Origin: Nanohaloarchaea archaeon B1-Br10_U2g1
GTDB lineage: Archaea; Nanohalarchaeota; Nanosalinia; Nanosalinales; Nanosalinaceae
Assembly (NCBI GenBank): GCA_001563875.1
Contig: LKMN01000002.1
Coordinates: 1-64,000 of the forward strand
DNA length: 64,000 nt
Direction of reading: 5' to 3'
Below the pieces are notes generated by a model. That model was not told the origin of the DNA and made no database searches. It saw only the letters and a program-made list of their open reading frames with translations. Below, piece after piece: positions 47,613 to 57,535 of this stretch (position 1 is its first letter; each line of letters begins with the position of its first letter). The translations under genes were made by a program, and so were the position numbers.

Positions 47613-48170
47613 TTACAACTCTTTATTTCTATCTAAAGTTTCTTTATAATCTCTAAGAAGCTCTTCAGGAAGCTTATCTCTATTCAAGAGATGTTCTTGT
47701 ACGTTCTTTACGGATAAGGAGTTCTCATAGTTGAACCTTGAGGACTGTTCTCTAGGGCCCGCCTCCGTAGAACCCTCAAACGTACCTGCAACCACATAGT
47801 ATTCTGGCTGGTCATCAATCTCGGGGTAGAGAGCTTCGATCTCGTTAGACCATTCGTACAAACGCCACTTTCCTCTTTCACTAAACCCGTTGTGGTCCAC
47901 TAGAATAGCATGGCAGACATAAGATACCTCCCTATAATCTCTATTCACAAAGCTACCGAGTTTTGCAGCTTCCTGTAGAACACCTTGGTAAGCTCTTCCT
48001 TCCTCAATCTCCTTACCCGTCTCCTTTTCAGCTTTATCAAGCCAGTTCTTCACGTCCCGGGGATTAGTATCTCTTGAACCTTTTTGGACCAGTATATACT
48101 CTGATGAACCGTTAACTTCATTTTGCACCTTTGAAAACACCTTTACATTGTTTAAAGAGTCCTGAACCAC
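47613..48170 (-). CDS. Hypothetical protein (no family recognised)
   Basis: 185 aa ORF filling the rps15-DHH gap, with an AT-rich upstream region. Confidence 0.6.
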   Translation of the reverse strand: MVQDSLNNVKVFSKVQNEVNGSSEYILVQKGSRDTNPRDVKNWLDKAEKETGKEIEEGRAYQGVLQEAAKLGSFVNRDYREVSYVCHAILVDHNGFSERGKWRLYEWSNEIEALYPEIDDQPEYYVVAGTFEGSTEAGPREQSSRFNYENSLSVKNVQEHLLNRDKLPEELLRDYKETLDRNKEL

Positions 48171-48302
48171 ATAAAAATAAGTATATATAACAGAACATCA
48201 AAAAACCACCATAACTACCTTCTTTTATAACAAGATTTCTCTGAAATAAATCAAAATGAATAAAAGATGAGAATCCGGATAGAGAGAATAGTGATCTAAA
48301 CT

Positions 48303-49658
48303 TTGGTAGAAGATATTCTTAACGAAGCAAAGCCTGCAGCGGAAAAACTGGAAAATTTTGAAGGCAAAATCCGTTTAATCGGTCAGTACGACGCTGATGG
48401 AATCTGCTCAACAGCTATAGCACACGAAATACTTGAAAGACTTGGAAAAGAGTTCGAATACGAAATCTTAAAGCAGCTGTACGAGGAAGACGTTAGAAGG
48501 TTAGCAGAAGAAGAGGAAGAGCTTCTGCTGTTTGTTGACATAGGATCAGGACAGTCAAAACATATACAGAAACTGATAATTGAAGAAACCGACAAAGAAG
48601 TAATAGTTTCAGATCACCACGAACCACAGATAGAGGGAGACTTCATACATCTTAACCCTCATTTCCTCGGTCATGACGGAGGAGAAGCTATTTCCGCAGC
48701 AGGAATGACCTACCTTCTTGCTGAAGCAGTATCAGAGGAAAACTATGACCTAGTAACTTACGCACTTATAGGAGCTACCGGAGACGTACAGAAACAGGAA
48801 GGTGAGTTCCTAGGGCTGAACAAGGAACTTCTAGAGAGAGCTGAAGAACACGGACTTATCGATAAAAGACAGGGACTGGACCTGTATGGAAAAAGCACAA
48901 AGCCGTTACACAAAGCACTTATGTATACTTCCGATCCTTACCTCGAAGGTATCAGCAACAATGAGTCTGGCTCAATCCAGTTCTTAAAGTCTACAGGAGT
49001 CGATATACGAGAAAACGGGAGCTTCAAAACGCTCTCAGATCTGACGGAAGAGGAGGAAAAAAAGATTATTCACGGCCTGATAACCCAAGGATTCGATGCT
49101 GGAAAACTTGTCAACCCTGTCTACATGCTTGACAACGGCCACGGAATAGACGAATACTCAACAATAATCAACGCATGCGGAAGGCTTGGAGAGCCTAAAA
49201 CCGGAGTCAAGATCCTTCTAGAAAACGATTTGAAAGCCGCAAAGAAAATATCCCGGAAATATGGTCGTAAAATTTCTTCTGCTCTCCGATATGTAGAAGA
49301 CAACAAAGACAATACCGATGTAATCTATGAAGACGGTATAGGAGTTATTGATGGGAAAGACAAGATTGAGGATGACTTTATTGGAACCGTTACAACTATT
49401 TCGATGAGTAATGGCTTCTTCGGGGATGTACCTGTTATAGTTGGTGTTGCGGAAACCGAGAAAGACAAGATAAAGGCCTCCTGTAGAGCCACAAAGACAG
49501 CGGTAGACGAAGGACTGAATCTAGGAGAGATCATAGAAAGTATATGCGAAGAGATTGACGGCGAAGGAGGAGGACACAATGTAGCTGCAGGAGCAAAGTT
49601 TCCTCAGACGAACAAAGAAGAGTTTATAGAACAGTTAAGCTCTGAGGTAGCTCGTTAA
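48303..49658 (+). CDS. RecJ-like DHH phosphoesterase (archaeal RecJ/GAN-Cdc45 family)
   Basis: YDADG, VDIGSG, SDHH, LNPH, GATGD, INACGR, GGGHNVAAGA; conserved position between rps15 and rps3ae. Confidence 0.92.
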   Translation: MVEDILNEAKPAAEKLENFEGKIRLIGQYDADGICSTAIAHEILERLGKEFEYEILKQLYEEDVRRLAEEEEELLLFVDIGSGQSKHIQKLIIEETDKEVIVSDHHEPQIEGDFIHLNPHFLGHDGGEAISAAGMTYLLAEAVSEENYDLVTYALIGATGDVQKQEGEFLGLNKELLERAEEHGLIDKRQGLDLYGKSTKPLHKALMYTSDPYLEGISNNESGSIQFLKSTGVDIRENGSFKTLSDLTEEEEKKIIHGLITQGFDAGKLVNPVYMLDNGHGIDEYSTIINACGRLGEPKTGVKILLENDLKAAKKISRKYGRKISSALRYVEDNKDNTDVIYEDGIGVIDGKDKIEDDFIGTVTTISMSNGFFGDVPVIVGVAETEKDKIKASCRATKTAVDEGLNLGEIIESICEEIDGEGGGHNVAAGAKFPQTNKEEFIEQLSSEVAR

Positions 49659-49664
49659 TATTGT

Positions 49665-50324
49665 TCAGCAGTACTCTTCTAGAGAAACAAAATCTGAGCC
49701 CTCGAAAACAGACTCAATATCTTCAATGTTCCTCAGATCTTCATCGAGATAAAAGCTTCTGACGACGTTGTCCTCTTCAACAAGACTTATCTGTATATCT
49801 ATATCTGTATGGTTGTCTTCTATCTCCTCTACGAACTGCTGTAGATCTGAACCCTCAACGGCCTCTCTATAAAGACCTGCAGCCACATAACCCGGGCGTT
49901 TAACAGGCTCTTCTGACAGAAACTCGTCTTCAACCACAACATAGTCATACGTCTTTAGTTCTTCCTCAAAGCTTGAGTTCGACTCCTCCAGTTTTTGGGC
50001 CTGACTCCAAAGCCTTCTTCTCTCTGAAACATCAGAGAAACCGTGCTCTATAAGCTTGTAGCTTCCGTAAAGTCCTGCAGCAAACCCGGCTAAGGCAAAT
50101 GCCGGCATAGACATGCCTGGCTCATGGGAAGATTCAAGGACCCCAAAGTTTTCCAGCCCATAGTTAAGAGCTCCTGCAAAACCTGCGGAGGCAACAGGAA
50201 TAGCCAGCATCTTATTGTAGCTGTATTCTAGCTCCGGATAGTCTTCCCCTACATAATCCAAGATATCGCTGTGCGACCTCGGAACCTCTTTCTCATAGAC
50301 AGGGAAGAGTTCATGCTCAGTCAT
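49665..50324 (-). CDS. Hypothetical protein with two TM helices
   Basis: Hydrophobic hairpin (IPVASAGFAGAL / PAFALAGFAAGLYG) plus acidic domain. Confidence 0.6.
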   Translation of the reverse strand: MTEHELFPVYEKEVPRSHSDILDYVGEDYPELEYSYNKMLAIPVASAGFAGALNYGLENFGVLESSHEPGMSMPAFALAGFAAGLYGSYKLIEHGFSDVSERRRLWSQAQKLEESNSSFEEELKTYDYVVVEDEFLSEEPVKRPGYVAAGLYREAVEGSDLQQFVEEIEDNHTDIDIQISLVEEDNVVRSFYLDEDLRNIEDIESVFEGSDFVSLEEYC

Positions 50325-50418
50325 AACGACAGAATAACCGGTAATTCATATATTGGTTATCTAATCGTCACAGGAATAGACCTATTGTTTATAAAGTTTT
50401 GATTCGAGGTTAGGTTCT

Positions 50419-50973
50419 ATGGCTAAGGCAGTTATTCAGAAAAACTGGTACGAACTCAAGGTACCCGATATATTCAGTGTTGATACTATAGCAGAGACGC
50501 CGGCAGAAAAAGACTCCCAGGTAATGGGAAGAACTGTCAAAGAAAGTCTTACAGAAATAATGGAGGACGCAGACAAGTACTACGTTGATGTAGAATTTGT
50601 TGTAAACGATGTAGAAGGTAACAACGCTTTCACAGAAATCAAAGGAATGGCTTGCTCCTCCGAGTTCGTCTCAAGAATGATAAGAAAAAGAAGCAACCGT
50701 ATGGATCTCGTAGAAGACTTCGAGACATCCGACGGAAGAAAAGTAAGAGTCAAAGTTGTGGGAGCAACTGTGAAAAAGGCTTCAGGAAAAGCAATGAGAG
50801 ACGCAAGAAAAGAGATTAAAGAAGTCATCGAAGAGAAGGCTTCAGAACAGTCTTACAACGAGTTCATGGAGAACATCTTCCTAGACAAGATCCAGACAGA
50901 AGCTAGAGACAAGGTAAACAAGATCTATCCTTTCAGAGAGCTCGAAGTTCGTAAAACCGAACTACTAGAGTAA
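50419..50973 (+). CDS. rps3ae: 30S ribosomal protein S3Ae (eS1)
   Basis: KNWYELKVP, ETPA, GRTV, TSDG, KIYPFRELEVRK. TTTATAAAG about 25 bp upstream suggests a leaderless transcript. Confidence 0.93.
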   Translation: MAKAVIQKNWYELKVPDIFSVDTIAETPAEKDSQVMGRTVKESLTEIMEDADKYYVDVEFVVNDVEGNNAFTEIKGMACSSEFVSRMIRKRSNRMDLVEDFETSDGRKVRVKVVGATVKKASGKAMRDARKEIKEVIEEKASEQSYNEFMENIFLDKIQTEARDKVNKIYPFRELEVRKTELLE

Positions 50974-51061
50974 ACCGTCTTTACCCATCTATCTTTCCAT
51001 TTAATTTTAACTTAGACCAACGTTTCTGTTTAAAAAACTCTATACCCTCATCTTAACTATA

Positions 51062-51144
<83 letters not shown>

Positions 51145-51200
51145 AAAAAACTTGTACAATACTACAGTTTTTTAACTCGGAGAACCTAAGAATTAATTTA

Positions 51201-52364
51201 ATGGGCGAGAAAAAAGCTTTTTCACGGGTTTCATCCGGTGAAGACGAGCAAACAAACAGTGAGGACCTTGAACAGTCTATTGACGAAGCCCTTGAAGACC
51301 AGAAGGAAGAGCTGAACCAGGTCTTTGCAAAGTATCAGATGCAACAACAAAATTTACGGACCAAGGCCATGGAGGAAGCTCAGAAAGTAGTTCTAAGACA
51401 GGTTGTAGGCGACATAAAGGAGCTTATAAATTCTGAAACTGAGGACCTCGAACAGAAGCTTGAGCAGCGACTCATAGATGCAGAGCAAAGTCTTGAGGAC
51501 AAAATATCTGAAAACAGGACGCGTATAAGCGATACTGAACAGAAAATTGAAAATATACAAGAGAGCTCCAGTAAAGAGTTAAAAAATGCTGAGGAAGACA
51601 GAGAAAGTCTTCGAAAGGAAATTAGCGATGTTAAAAGCGATCTTGAAGAAGAAATCAAATTCAATACATCTATCTTCAACGAAGATTTAGAAGAGATATC
51701 AGAGAAGATATCCGAACTTGAGGACACCTCAATAAATTCCAATATAGAAGAACTGAAACAGAATTTTGAGACATCCGATAAGAAGCTTGAAGAGTTCGAG
51801 AAAAGTCTTGAAACAATAAACTTGAAGTTCGAAGATAGGAGCGAGAGGCTGGAAAAACTGGAAAACAAGGTGAGGTCAGAAGAAACCTCTCCCGGGAAGA
51901 GCCCCAAAGATATTGAAGAGAGAATAGGCCAAATACAGGAAAAATTAGCGGACCTAGAAAGCAAGATAAATATCATCAATAATGAAAGTGTTGAATCTGT
52001 TCAAGAAACCTCTGAAACCGTAAAGGAAACAGTAACAGATGATGAGAAAGATGTAGAATTAGAAGACGAAGAATCTGGAACCATTGAAGACAAAGATCTT
52101 TCCTCTAAAGAGAGCGAAGACACAACAAGTTCCAAGAACTCTACACTTCTACCTGAAGAAGTAAACAGTAGTCTAGAGGGAGAAGAAATCCGAATAAGAG
52201 GTAAACTCGACCATAGAAAGGAAACCTCTAAACACCACTTTTACAAACTTTCTGCGGGCGGAGACCAGATAATTGTGAGATCGGTTGACAAAATCCCTGA
52301 AGGCAACAGAATACTGAAAGGAGAAGTAGAGGAAATTAAAGGAAATCTCTGTATCGTAGTTTAA
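51201..52364 (+). CDS. Acidic coiled-coil protein with C-terminal OB-fold-like domain
   Basis: About 250 aa of heptads, a low-complexity linker, and a 70 aa beta-rich domain similar to the C-terminus of 54715-57387. Confidence 0.7.
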   Translation: MGEKKAFSRVSSGEDEQTNSEDLEQSIDEALEDQKEELNQVFAKYQMQQQNLRTKAMEEAQKVVLRQVVGDIKELINSETEDLEQKLEQRLIDAEQSLEDKISENRTRISDTEQKIENIQESSSKELKNAEEDRESLRKEISDVKSDLEEEIKFNTSIFNEDLEEISEKISELEDTSINSNIEELKQNFETSDKKLEEFEKSLETINLKFEDRSERLEKLENKVRSEETSPGKSPKDIEERIGQIQEKLADLESKINIINNESVESVQETSETVKETVTDDEKDVELEDEESGTIEDKDLSSKESEDTTSSKNSTLLPEEVNSSLEGEEIRIRGKLDHRKETSKHHFYKLSAGGDQIIVRSVDKIPEGNRILKGEVEEIKGNLCIVV

Positions 52365-52455
52365 ATGTTCTATAAACAGAAACCTGATTTATAAAGATTA
52401 ACTTCGTTTTTGTAGTCACAGCCTGTAGTGGCTTTATGCCGCGAGGTAGATCAAA

Positions 52456-52806
52456 ATGGATAAAAAAGCAGACCCAACCAACCCAGTACTTTTGAATACT
52501 ATAGAGCTTCTCCAGAAACAGGACGCAGCTGTCTGGAACGAAGTAGCTGAAAACCTTGGAAAAGTAAACCGGAAAAGACCGGAAGTAAACCTTTCAGATA
52601 TAGAAAGGATAGCTGAAGAAGGAGACACCGTAATTGTACCCGGAAAAGTTCTAGGATCCGGAAGAATCACTAAAGAGGTAAAAGTTGCAGCCTTCAAAGC
52701 ATCAAGATCCGCGAAGAACAAGATAAAAGAAGAAGGCGATTTCATGTTTATCGAAGATCTTGTAGAAGACAACCCTGAAGGATCCGAGGTGAAAATAGTA
52801 AAATGA
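52456..52806 (+). CDS. rpl18e: 50S ribosomal protein L18e
   Basis: TNP, W..VAE.L, EVNLS, VPGKVLGSG, VAAFKAS. Confidence 0.96.
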   Translation: MDKKADPTNPVLLNTIELLQKQDAAVWNEVAENLGKVNRKRPEVNLSDIERIAEEGDTVIVPGKVLGSGRITKEVKVAAFKASRSAKNKIKEEGDFMFIEDLVEDNPEGSEVKIVK

Positions 52807-53228
52807 TTATAAACGCAGAAAACAGAGTGATCGGAAGACTAGCATCTAAGATAGCTCGAGAAGCAAAGAAAGGTGAAGAAGTACACGTAGTAAACTCCGA
52901 GAAATCAGTTATCTCTGGAGACAAAGAAAAAGTCTTTGAAGACTACAAACAGAAATACGAAAGAGGCGGGAGACATACCGGACCTCACTACCCGAAAAGA
53001 CCTGACAAAATACTGAAAAGAACGGTAAGAGGAATGCTCCCAACCAACAAAGAAGCCGGTAGAGACGCATTCTCAAACGTGAAAACCTACTTAGGAGTTC
53101 CTCTAAAGCTAGAGGAAGACGTTGAAGAAGTTGAAGTCAAACAGGGAGACGACTTAAAGAACAGGAACTATGTAAAACTTGGCGAAGTATCAAAGTTCAT
53201 AGGCTGGACACCAAGAGGTGAAAAATAG
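52803..53228 (+). CDS. rpl13: 50S ribosomal protein L13
   Basis: GRLASKIA, VVNSEK, GPHYPKRPD, RTVRGMLP. Confidence 0.96.
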   Translation: MIINAENRVIGRLASKIAREAKKGEEVHVVNSEKSVISGDKEKVFEDYKQKYERGGRHTGPHYPKRPDKILKRTVRGMLPTNKEAGRDAFSNVKTYLGVPLKLEEDVEEVEVKQGDDLKNRNYVKLGEVSKFIGWTPRGEK

Positions 53229-53630
53229 ATGCCAACACATACAAACGGAAAAAGAAAAACAGCTAAGGCACGTGCTACAGTGAAAGAAGGAGAAGGAACA
53301 CTTAGAATTGACTCCCAGCCACTTAACACATGGCCGGAGATGCAGCAAAGAAACATTAAGGAACCTCTCGTAATAGCAGGAGAAGAAATAGTAGGAGATC
53401 TAGAGATAAATGTCTCTGTAAACGGTGGAGGAAAAAGCAGTCAGGCAGAAGCTATAAGAATGGCGATAGCCAGAGGTCTTGTCGAACACACAGGAAGCGA
53501 CGACCTTGAAAGAGATTTCAGAGACTACGACAGAAACATGATGGTCGAAGATCCAAGAAGAACCGAGACAAGAAAACCTTCACAGTCGAGCAAAGGTGCC
53601 CGACACAAACAGCAGAAGTCTTACAGGTGA
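53229..53630 (+). CDS. rps9: 30S ribosomal protein S9
   Basis: GKRKTAKARA, GGG, QAEAIRMAIARGL, DPRRTE, QKSYR. Confidence 0.97.
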   Translation: MPTHTNGKRKTAKARATVKEGEGTLRIDSQPLNTWPEMQQRNIKEPLVIAGEEIVGDLEINVSVNGGGKSSQAEAIRMAIARGLVEHTGSDDLERDFRDYDRNMMVEDPRRTETRKPSQSSKGARHKQQKSYR

Positions 53631-53635
53631 TTTAA

Positions 53636-53833
53636 TTGCAGTTTCCTGTTAGATGTTTAAGCTGTGGAAAGGTAATCGGAGATAAATGGGAAGAGTACCA
53701 GGAAAGAGTCGAAGACGGTGAAGATGAGAAAGAGGTTCTCGACGACCTAGGGATCGAAAAGTACTGTTGTAGAACAATCTTCCTTACACACGTAGACAGT
53801 ATAGACGAAGTTGGAGAACACAAAATAACATAA
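53636..53833 (+). CDS. rpoN: RNA polymerase subunit N (Rpo10)
   Basis: PVRCLSCGKVI, LDDLG, YCCR; TTG start after GGTGA. Confidence 0.96.
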   Translation: MQFPVRCLSCGKVIGDKWEEYQERVEDGEDEKEVLDDLGIEKYCCRTIFLTHVDSIDEVGEHKIT

Positions 53834-53853
53834 ATCCTCTTTTTTCCTTATAA

Positions 53854-54231
53854 TTATTCTAATATTCTTCTTAGCGAAGGTTCAATCATCTTTAGATTAG
53901 GCGCTACTTCTACATCTTCTAAATCCTCAGAGGTAAACCATTTCATATCCGTAGACCTATCTTCTTTAATCTCAGGATCACCGTTTAAATGAGCTATATA
54001 TCCATGCCATAGATATATTTGATCTTTATGATGGAACTCTCCACTGTAAAACGGTTTCTCAAGCTCAACTCTTACCTCTATCTCTTCTTCGGCTTCTCTC
54101 ACAGCTGCTTCTGTCGGAGACTCTTTTTCCTTGACTTTTCCTCCAGGGACCTCCCAATGTTCTTCATCTTCCCTGTAAAGTAGCAGCAACCTGCCCTCCT
54201 CAATTATAATATTTCCTGAGACCTCTATCAT
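53854..54231 (-). CDS. NUDIX hydrolase
   Basis: Nudix box WEVPGGKVKEKESPTEAAVREAEEE. Confidence 0.92.
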   Translation of the reverse strand: MIEVSGNIIIEEGRLLLLYREDEEHWEVPGGKVKEKESPTEAAVREAEEEIEVRVELEKPFYSGEFHHKDQIYLWHGYIAHLNGDPEIKEDRSTDMKWFTSEDLEDVEVAPNLKMIEPSLRRILE

Positions 54232-54629
54232 ATTTCAGACCTCAGTTTCTCAGCTATCTCCTCGCCATTTTCCAGCTCTGACCGGTCGTACTCTAGCTTA
54301 ACCTCTTCTCCCGTATAACGCGGTGTTACATGGAAGTGTAGGTGAAATACTTCCTGTCCCGCAATAGAACCATTGTTCTGCGTTATGTTCACTCCCTCCG
54401 CTTCGAACGTGTCCTTGACACTGTTTGAAACATTAACTAAGACCTTCCAGAGATAGCTCATCTCTTCCGCCTCAAAAATATTCTCCACATGCTTCTTAGG
54501 TATGACGAGTGTGTGTCCTTTAGACACCGGCTCATTATCTAGGAATGCCAAGATATTTTCATCTTCGTAAACTCGGTGACAAGGCAATTTTCCGTCGATT
54601 ATCTTACAGAAGACGCAGTCATCTCTCAT
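54228..54629 (-). CDS. HIT family nucleotide hydrolase
   Basis: CVFCKI, GHTLVIPKKH, AGQEVFHLHFHV. Confidence 0.95.
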   Translation of the reverse strand: MRDDCVFCKIIDGKLPCHRVYEDENILAFLDNEPVSKGHTLVIPKKHVENIFEAEEMSYLWKVLVNVSNSVKDTFEAEGVNITQNNGSIAGQEVFHLHFHVTPRYTGEEVKLEYDRSELENGEEIAEKLRSEI

Positions 54630-54714
54630 ACATTCATATTCTAGGGAACCGTTTCTTTTTCTATCTTACTCGAGGAATTATTTTTAAGGGAGCCAACCTC
54701 ATTCTCAACTATAG

Positions 54715-57387
54715 ATGAAGGACATTCTAAGTAAGCTGCGAGGCGAAGATTCCGACTTCGAGAAGCAGTTAAAGGAGCTTCAGGAACAGGAAAAGAAGCG
54801 GGTTACTGAGGAGATGGAGAATGCCTTGAATGAGAAACTTCAAGAAACCGAGGAAGAGTGGCGTCAAGCCTTTGAGAGTTATAGAGCGAACGATCACGAA
54901 CGTTTCTTGGAGATACTTGAAGAAGTAAGAGAAGAGATGATTGAAGAGACGGTAAGAAGCATTTCCAAGTTTCTGGAAGAAGAACAGGCAAAATTGAGAG
55001 ACGTTACTTCATCCGAGCTGGAGGATAGAACTCAAGAGGTATTTACCGAGTTAGAGCATACTGAGCAGTCGTTGAAAAATGAGCTCTCAAACCAGTCAGA
55101 ACAGATTGAATCAAACCTTAAATCTAGCCTTAACAGACTTGACGAATCAACAGAGGAACGTATCAAGAAGTTGAATAAGAGCGAGGAGGCTTTAAAGAAC
55201 AATATAGAGGAAAAGACTGAAGATTTGAATAACGAAATTAGTAGGTTAGAGGCTGCGAAGGCGCAACAGGAAGCGTTGGAGGATCTAAGAGATAAAGTCA
55301 CTGAAACCAGCTCCAAAATTCAAAGAGAGGAAGAAAAATTAAGAAACAGCGTTAAAGATAACAAAAAAAGGTTAAAAGACCATGAAGAGGCTCTAAACAA
55401 TCTCCAAGAACAGTTGGAAGATCATAAGAGCGCCATAAATAATAGAGTAAAGGATATAAGAAATGAAAGACAGGAGGCCATAGAAGGTTTACGATCTGAG
55501 CTACATAACCAAAAAGAAGAGATAGCTCTTAGACTAGATTCTCTAGATGACGAGTTTGACAGCCTAAAAGAATGGATTGAGCATATAGATAGAGAGGAGC
55601 TTGAAGACGTTAGGAGACGTCTTGACGAGTTAGATGAAGGTCTGAATAAGAGAGTCGACACTATAGAGCAAGAACTTAAAGATTCTCTAGAGAACCAGAA
55701 TAGTAGGATTGAAGCTCAGAAAGAGCAGTTAAACCAGATGGAAGAGGGTAATAACGAGATAGATCAGAAAATTGAGCGGCTGGACGAAAACCTGAATAAG
55801 CAGATAGAAAGCTCTACAGAGGAACTAAGAAACAGGATAGACACTCTGGAAGAAGAGGACTTAGAAAGACTTGAAGATGATTTAAACAGGTCTATCAAAG
55901 AGGTTAGAAAAGATCTGGAATCTGTCTATGAGGAAGCAGAGCTTGATGTAAAATGGCTTGAAGAGAGAACAGAGGAGCATTCCCAGACCCTAGAATCGAT
56001 AAAAGAACTTACCGAACAGAATACGGAAAAAGTTGAGCAAACCGAAATCAACAGCGAGGACATAGAGCATCTTAAAAGCAGTCTCCAAGACCTGCGTGAA
56101 ACCCTTCTGGACAAGCAAAGGGAACAGGTCGATAAAATAAACTCAAAAAGAGATAAGTTAGAAAAAAAGCTTCTTGGACAAATTGAAGAGAGCTTAGGAC
56201 CTATCAGAAACAAAGTTGAGAGCAAAGTAGATAGGAAGAACTTCGAAAATACAGTATCTGAGCTAGAGAATAGCCTAAAAGAAGAATTAGGATCTAAGGT
56301 TAGTCTCAAGAAATTTGAAAGACTAGAAACCGGATTAGAGGACCTAAAACACAATTTTGAAGATCTAAAAGAGCTAGAAAATGATCTCTTAGAACACGAA
56401 AACGAATTTGAGAATGTAATCGGAGATGTGGAAAAAAGCCTAAGAAACAAAGCCGATTCTGAAGATCTAGAGCAACTAAGACAAGAGTTCGGGAAGAGCA
56501 TAGAAGATTTTACTAGGATAGACGATAGACTTGAGCAAGTAGCCAGTGATCTTGAAGATGAGCTGGAAGACGAAAAAGAAACACGTAAATCATATCAGAA
56601 CGAGATCAATAAAGAGATAGAGAACATTCGGTCCTCCCTCCAAACCACCGACAGGAAAGTTGAAGATCTAGATCAGGTTAACGAAAAAGTTGAAGGAAAC
56701 AGAGAAAAACTGGAGTCTGTAAAGAAACTTTCAAGCCAAAATACAGATAGAATAGACGAAGCACAGAACCAGCTCCAAGAGAAAATTAAGAGCATAGAAG
56801 AGAATGAGAAAGGAGTGTTCAAAGAACTTGAAAAAGATTTAGCTGATCTGAAAGAAGAAAAGAGGAATCTAAAGAAAGAACTTTCTAGTAAAGCAGACAG
56901 TAACGAACTGAAAAAAATGAAGTCAAATATAGAATCTAAAATACAGGATAACAAAGAATCTGAAGAGATCTCCGACTTAAGGAACATATTAGACTCAATA
57001 GATCACAAGGTTGATGAAACGACTAACAGAGTTAACAGCTTAGAGTCTCGCTTGAAATACGTAGAAGACGAGCTAGGATACAGTAAGGATGTAAGTAAAT
57101 CTACAGAAGAAAATGCTGGGGTAGGCAAAACAGATAATGAAGCTGCAACTCAGACCTCAAAAAGCGTTTTACATCCAGAGGACCTGAATGAGAAATTCCT
57201 CAACAAAGAGGTAACAATTTCAGGAGAGCTTAAATTCCGTAGAGAAGTATCTAATAGCAAGCTCTATGCTTTAACAGGTAAGGACGACTGGGTAATAGTA
57301 CGTTCAGACTCAGAACTGGATGAAGGTCAACAAGAGATAGATGGAACCGTAAAATCTCTTGAAGGCAAGTTATACCTAAGGGTTTAG
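54715..57387 (+). CDS. 890 aa coiled-coil protein with C-terminal OB-fold-like domain
   Basis: About 790 aa of E/K/L heptads with no Walker motifs; C-terminal domain paralogous to that of 51201-52364. Confidence 0.75.
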   Translation: MKDILSKLRGEDSDFEKQLKELQEQEKKRVTEEMENALNEKLQETEEEWRQAFESYRANDHERFLEILEEVREEMIEETVRSISKFLEEEQAKLRDVTSSELEDRTQEVFTELEHTEQSLKNELSNQSEQIESNLKSSLNRLDESTEERIKKLNKSEEALKNNIEEKTEDLNNEISRLEAAKAQQEALEDLRDKVTETSSKIQREEEKLRNSVKDNKKRLKDHEEALNNLQEQLEDHKSAINNRVKDIRNERQEAIEGLRSELHNQKEEIALRLDSLDDEFDSLKEWIEHIDREELEDVRRRLDELDEGLNKRVDTIEQELKDSLENQNSRIEAQKEQLNQMEEGNNEIDQKIERLDENLNKQIESSTEELRNRIDTLEEEDLERLEDDLNRSIKEVRKDLESVYEEAELDVKWLEERTEEHSQTLESIKELTEQNTEKVEQTEINSEDIEHLKSSLQDLRETLLDKQREQVDKINSKRDKLEKKLLGQIEESLGPIRNKVESKVDRKNFENTVSELENSLKEELGSKVSLKKFERLETGLEDLKHNFEDLKELENDLLEHENEFENVIGDVEKSLRNKADSEDLEQLRQEFGKSIEDFTRIDDRLEQVASDLEDELEDEKETRKSYQNEINKEIENIRSSLQTTDRKVEDLDQVNEKVEGNREKLESVKKLSSQNTDRIDEAQNQLQEKIKSIEENEKGVFKELEKDLADLKEEKRNLKKELSSKADSNELKKMKSNIESKIQDNKESEEISDLRNILDSIDHKVDETTNRVNSLESRLKYVEDELGYSKDVSKSTEENAGVGKTDNEAATQTSKSVLHPEDLNEKFLNKEVTISGELKFRREVSNSKLYALTGKDDWVIVRSDSELDEGQQEIDGTVKSLEGKLYLRV

Positions 57388-57429
57388 AGTACCCTTAAAA
57401 GTGTTAGAGGTTACAATAATTTCTACAAG

Positions 57430-57504
57430 GCGGCCGTGGTGTAGTCCGGCTAATCATTTCGGCCTTTCGAGCCGACGACCCGGGTTCAAATCCCGGCGGC
57501 CGCA
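57430..57504 (+). tRNA. tRNA-Glu(TTC)
   Basis: Acceptor GCGGCCG/CGGCCGC+A, anticodon arm TCGGC-CTTTCGA-GCCGA, T arm CCGGG-TTCAAAT-CCCGG; no intron. Confidence 0.93.
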
Positions 57505-57535
57505 TCTAATTTAAATTTCTATAATTCAGGTATTT

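Noticed and set aside
54715-57387. SMC/Rad50 assignment for the long coiled-coil protein
   Set aside because: No Walker A/B, ABC signature, hinge or CxxC hook.
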